Below are positions 60,097 through 64,000 of a stretch of DNA of 64,000 bases, piece after piece. A model generated the notes under the pieces. That model worked only from the letters and a program-made list of their open reading frames with translations, was not told the DNA's origin and did no database searches. Within the stretch, counting starts at the first letter, position 1. Every line of letters begins with the position of its first letter. This stretch comes from Escherichia coli (GTDB lineage: Bacteria > Pseudomonadota > Gammaproteobacteria > Enterobacterales > Enterobacteriaceae). The position numbers and the translations under genes are program-made. Where the stretch lies: NCBI RefSeq assembly GCF_030384885.1, contig NZ_CP128613.1; one strand, 5' to 3'.

Positions 60097-61932
60097 TTAT
60101 TTTCCTTGATTAATTAAGACAGGAATAACCTGAGTAAAATCTTCCAGTGCCTGATGTAAATCCCACTGCTGTTCTTTATTACCACTGGAGCACAAAATCA
60201 CTTTCAGCGATTTTAATAACCGTAATGCTGCCGCTGGCTGTTGATGGTGTTGTAATGCCGTCACCAGTTGCATGACACAGGGGTTATTAAGATTGATATA
60301 CAGACTTGAAGTTTTAGTCTTTTGGATTTGCGAGGTAAATTGCCGCGCCAGCATTAACGCTGCGGTGCTGATGCGTTTATCTGCGTCATCCTGTTCGAGA
60401 ATTTGTTTTAATTCTGCTTCGCGGTCTGGCGTGACCACGAGCGGTAAAACCGCTGGTTCGAAGCGGGAGATAATTAATTGCTCGCCGTCGCAAAGATGCT
60501 CTTCCAGATAAGCAACCTGCTCTTCAGGTAATTCTGCCAGGCTGAACAACTGCTCATTACCCGTTTGCGTACCGACTTCGATAATCCGGCAGTGATATAA
60601 CAGCGCCCAACGACGTAAAAATGGCACCACCGCATAACGATCGCCACGGGCTACGGGCCGTTGCAGAATATGAAACAACATCTCTTCAAAACCGCCGTCG
60701 CGGCTTAACAGAATATGAATGCTGTTATTAACGCGTAAATCCTTCGCCAGCAACGCCCCTTTTGACGTTGGCACCTGCAAGCGATCTTTGAGCAAATCAA
60801 ACAGACGGTCATCACATAATGCCGCACCGAGCAACGCTTCGTTGTGGCGCATTAATACACGCCGCCAGATTTCTGGCTGATTTTGTGCGAGATCGGACAA
60901 ACCAGAAATCAGCGCCTCTTTTAACGCCTCCTGCACCGCAACCCAGGTTTCGTCCCGCTGGAGATCTTCCCGGCTCGCCGTAGGCGTTAGTTTCGATGAC
61001 TCAATCACGCCGCCAATAAATCCGGCCCAGGGAGGTAACAACTCACGCGCTTCATCATCCAGTAACATACCGCGCAAAAACAGCGACAGGTTGCGGTTAT
61101 CGCTGGTGCCGTAGGTTGCGCCATCCTGAATCCATAAAATCCCGACCGCATCGCTCATACCCGCTGGCACCACCGGAATGGTGCAAATCGGTTCAAAGGA
61201 GGATTCAAACTGGGCGGCAAAGGCGAGATTTTTACGCTGCACCAGCGCGCGGTGTATGGTTACGCCTTCGGGGGCAACTTCACGCCACGGTGGTTGAAGT
61301 TTATTTACCGGCTCGCTGGCATCGCCGACATAGACCGGTTCGTGCAGCAATATGCAGTAGCGGGAAAGAACGCGGTTCAGCAGATTATTACTCGCCAGAT
61401 GGCTGTACTCTTCTTTGAGCGTCAGAATCACCTGCGTTCCCGGCGCCGAGGACTGATGCGGCGTAACGGTATATTTTTGCCCGTCGGTAGAGTGGTATTT
61501 CCAGCTCTGATCCGGCGTTTGCCAGGATGTGGTCAACACCGTGACCTCTTTCGCCAACACAAAGGCCGACAAAAAACCGAGGCCGAACATACCAATTAAA
61601 CCGGTGTTGTCATCCTGCTGGCGCAACATTCGGGTATAACCCACGCCCACTGTCGCCAGGAAGCCGTGAATTTCGCTTTCTGTCAGACCCGCACCGGTAT
61701 CGGTAATGGTGATGGTGGACTTCGCCACGTCTGCCACTACACGAATTTGGTTATCCTTTGGCGCATCGGGCTGCTCAATCCTGCGGCGAACGATCGCATC
61801 ATGGCCGTTCTGCACCAGCTCGCGCACGGCAACTACGGGAGTGGAGTAAAGATGCTTACTGAGCACCTCAATTAAACCGTTTAAATTAACTTCTGTAGAA
61901 TATGAACTGCCAGGTAACTGTAATGTACTCAT
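60097..61932 (-). CDS. Hsp90/HtpG-like GHKL (Bergerat-fold) ATPase family protein
   Basis: 611-aa ORF; GHKL motifs ELVQNGHDA (E-x3-N-x2-D), ITDTGAGLT (DxGxG), GMFGLGFLSAF (GxxGxG), in the order and spacing seen in HtpG; not the canonical htpG. Confidence 0.7.
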   Translation of the reverse strand: MSTLQLPGSSYSTEVNLNGLIEVLSKHLYSTPVVAVRELVQNGHDAIVRRRIEQPDAPKDNQIRVVADVAKSTITITDTGAGLTESEIHGFLATVGVGYTRMLRQQDDNTGLIGMFGLGFLSAFVLAKEVTVLTTSWQTPDQSWKYHSTDGQKYTVTPHQSSAPGTQVILTLKEEYSHLASNNLLNRVLSRYCILLHEPVYVGDASEPVNKLQPPWREVAPEGVTIHRALVQRKNLAFAAQFESSFEPICTIPVVPAGMSDAVGILWIQDGATYGTSDNRNLSLFLRGMLLDDEARELLPPWAGFIGGVIESSKLTPTASREDLQRDETWVAVQEALKEALISGLSDLAQNQPEIWRRVLMRHNEALLGAALCDDRLFDLLKDRLQVPTSKGALLAKDLRVNNSIHILLSRDGGFEEMLFHILQRPVARGDRYAVVPFLRRWALLYHCRIIEVGTQTGNEQLFSLAELPEEQVAYLEEHLCDGEQLIISRFEPAVLPLVVTPDREAELKQILEQDDADKRISTAALMLARQFTSQIQKTKTSSLYINLNNPCVMQLVTALQHHQQPAAALRLLKSLKVILCSSGNKEQQWDLHQALEDFTQVIPVLINQGK

Positions 61933-62207
61933 TTTTCAATACTCATAATCCATCACCTACTATTGAAAATACATTGCTGTTTTTTACAACCGGTGCAAGG
62001 TTTGTTATTTGCATTCACTCATCGGAAACATTTATTTATTGACGCGATGATTAAAACAAAATGTCTTATATAAATAATGATTAATTCTTAAAGGATTAAT
62101 GCGACTGGAGTATATCGATATAAACTGGAATTAACGAGATAATTTCTTGTGGTGAAATTATTATTTAAATGCTGAATAATATATTGAGGATTATTTAATA
62201 GAAAAAT

Positions 62208-62236
62208 AAAACCGCAATCCAGAATCAGAATTGCGG
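62208..62236 (-). terminator. rho-independent terminator downstream of fdhD
   Basis: hairpin ACCGCAATCC...AATTGCGGT with T-run on the minus strand after the fdhD stop. Confidence 0.55.
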
Positions 62237-62243
62237 TATTTCT

Positions 62244-63080
62244 TTAATTATGAATCAAACGCTGCGGATGGGTATAAACCGTTGCCCGACCCGGCTTACA
62301 AAAGCCCACCAGCGTCAAATTACAGCGCTCAGCCACTTCTACGGCAAGCGTGGTCGCGGCAGACACCGCAAACAAAATTTCTACGCCGCACATCGCTGAC
62401 TTTTGCACCATTTCATAACTGGCACGACTGGAAACCAGCACCGCACCTTGATGCCAGCTTTCCCCTTCTTGTGACCGGCGGCCTAACAGTTTATCCAGCG
62501 CCACATGGCGACCCACGTCTTCATGCCCGCCTACCAGTTCGCCAGATGGCAACATCCAGGCAGCGGCGTGAGTACAACCAGTCAGTTGCCCCACTGGCTG
62601 GAAATCATTGAGATGGCGTAATGCATCATCCAGTTTGTTGAGATCAAATGTCTGAGTGAACGGCAGCGGCTGCACCGGTTTACCGATGTCATTAAGTTGC
62701 TCCACGCCGCACACGCCACATCCCGTACGTCCCGCCAGTGCCCGACGACGCTCCTTCAACCCCATAAAGCGGCGGCTGGAAAGCTCAATTTGCACTTCCA
62801 GACCATTACAGGAAGGAACGACATCCATGCCAAAGATATCGCGCGGACTTTCGATAATCCCCTCGGAAAGCGAAAAACCGAGCGCAAAGTATTCAAGGTC
62901 TTTGGGCGACGCCATCATCACCACATGCGAAATGCCGTTGTAGACCAGCGCAACGGGAACCTCTTCCGCCACCTCATCTAACCGTGGGTGTTGTAAATCG
63001 TCACGCCGCCATAACTCAATTTGACGAACACCTGTGACATTTGTCACATTTTTGATTTCTTTTTGCTGTGTTTTTTTCAC
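62244..63080 (-). CDS. fdhD: formate dehydrogenase accessory sulfurtransferase FdhD
   Basis: 278-aa ORF recognised as FdhD. Confidence 0.95.
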   Translation of the reverse strand: MKKTQQKEIKNVTNVTGVRQIELWRRDDLQHPRLDEVAEEVPVALVYNGISHVVMMASPKDLEYFALGFSLSEGIIESPRDIFGMDVVPSCNGLEVQIELSSRRFMGLKERRRALAGRTGCGVCGVEQLNDIGKPVQPLPFTQTFDLNKLDDALRHLNDFQPVGQLTGCTHAAAWMLPSGELVGGHEDVGRHVALDKLLGRRSQEGESWHQGAVLVSSRASYEMVQKSAMCGVEILFAVSAATTLAVEVAERCNLTLVGFCKPGRATVYTHPQRLIHN

Positions 63081-63273
63081 TTTCTATTAACCGGATAAGA
63101 ACACACACACCAACATTATGGTATTCTGTTACAAACCCTTCCTGGATGGAGGGAAATTGAGCCAATTCTGGACCTTTGCGGCCCCTTCCGCAAAGAAAAA
63201 TAACTCCCACTCCCTGCACACGCAGCAAGCGAATGTAAATGGGACGTGACAATGTCGAAACAAGGAGCAATCC

Positions 63274-64000
63274 ATGCAGGTCAGCAGAAGGCAGTTCTTT
63301 AAGATCTGCGCTGGCGGTATGGCAGGCACCACGGCAGCGGCACTGGGTTTTGCACCCAGCGTAGCACTCGCGGAAACCCGGCAGTATAAACTGCTGCGCA
63401 CCCGCGAAACCCGTAATACCTGCACCTATTGTTCCGTAGGCTGTGGGCTGTTGATGTACAGCCTCGGTGACGGAGCAAAAAACGCCAAAGCATCTATCTT
63501 CCATATCGAAGGTGACCCGGATCACCCGGTCAACCGCGGTGCACTTTGTCCGAAAGGCGCTGGCCTGGTGGATTTCATCCACTCCGAAAGCCGTCTGAAG
63601 TTCCCGGAATACCGTGCCCCTGGTTCTGATAAATGGCAGCAAATCAGTTGGGAAGAAGCGTTTGATCGCATCGCCAAATTGATGAAAGAAGACCGCGATG
63701 CTAACTACATTGCGCAAAACGCCGAAGGCGTGACTGTTAACCGCTGGCTCTCCACCGGAATGCTGTGTGCTTCCGCGTCGAGTAACGAAACCGGCTATTT
63801 AACGCAAAAATTCTCCCGCGCGCTGGGTATGCTCGCGGTCGACAACCAGGCGCGTGTCTGACACGGACCAACGGTAGCAAGTCTTGCTCCAACATTTGGT
63901 CGCGGTGCGATGACCAACCACTGGGTCGACATCAAGAACGCCAACCTCGTCGTGGTGATGGGCGGTAACGCCGCTGAAGCTCACCCGGTCGGGTTCCGCT
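63274..64000 (+). CDS. fdoG: formate dehydrogenase-O major subunit (selenocysteine-containing), 5' part; continues past window end
   Basis: Tat signal (RRQFFK); track ORF stops at TGA 63859-63861 but the frame continues as HGPTVASLAPTFGRGAMTNHWVDIKN..., matching FdoG with Sec at codon 196. Confidence 0.9.

Overview
This window is an Escherichia coli-type chromosomal segment covering the metL-metB-metJ-yiiX-rpmE-priA-cytR-ftsN-hslVU-menA-rraA-zapB-glpFKX-fpr-uspD-yiiSRQ-tpiA-cdh-sbp-pfkA-fieF-cpxPRA-yiiM-kdgT-sodA-rhaT-rhaRS-rhaBADM-yiiG-fdhD-fdoG backbone, in reverse orientation to the K-12 map. Gene identities were recognised from the translated ORFs and the K-12 order is recalled from memory; no alignment was run. 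Where an ORF in the track carries an N-terminal extension, the start was moved to the methionine matching the known protein. Positions read from the raw sequence (hairpins, REP units, binding sites, junctions) may be off by a few bases. Against that backbone, four segments look accessory, plus one apparent deletion. (1) 1-12200: an AT-rich gene for an FGE-sulfatase-like protein, a GC-rich MocR regulator / alanine racemase / amber-interrupted serine hydroxymethyltransferase cluster, then three UshA-like 5'-nucleotidase paralogs, a zinc-ribbon protein and a Tsx porin paralog. (2) 17134-20700, between yiiX and rpmE: a decayed Rhs element with an orphan C-terminal toxin and putative immunity gene, next to an ISAs1 H-repeat transposase, a group II intron 3' remnant and an IS1 fragment. 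(3) 29240-30170, between rraA and zapB: an AT-rich insert encoding one membrane-anchored protein. (4) 57580-62240, between yiiG and fdhD: a tightly coupled operon of an Hsp90-like GHKL ATPase and a 768-aa helical protein with no function I can assign; this is the best candidate for an undescribed system. The frv locus is reduced to a frvA-like remnant with an in-frame TAA. No rRNA, tRNA or CRISPR array was found.
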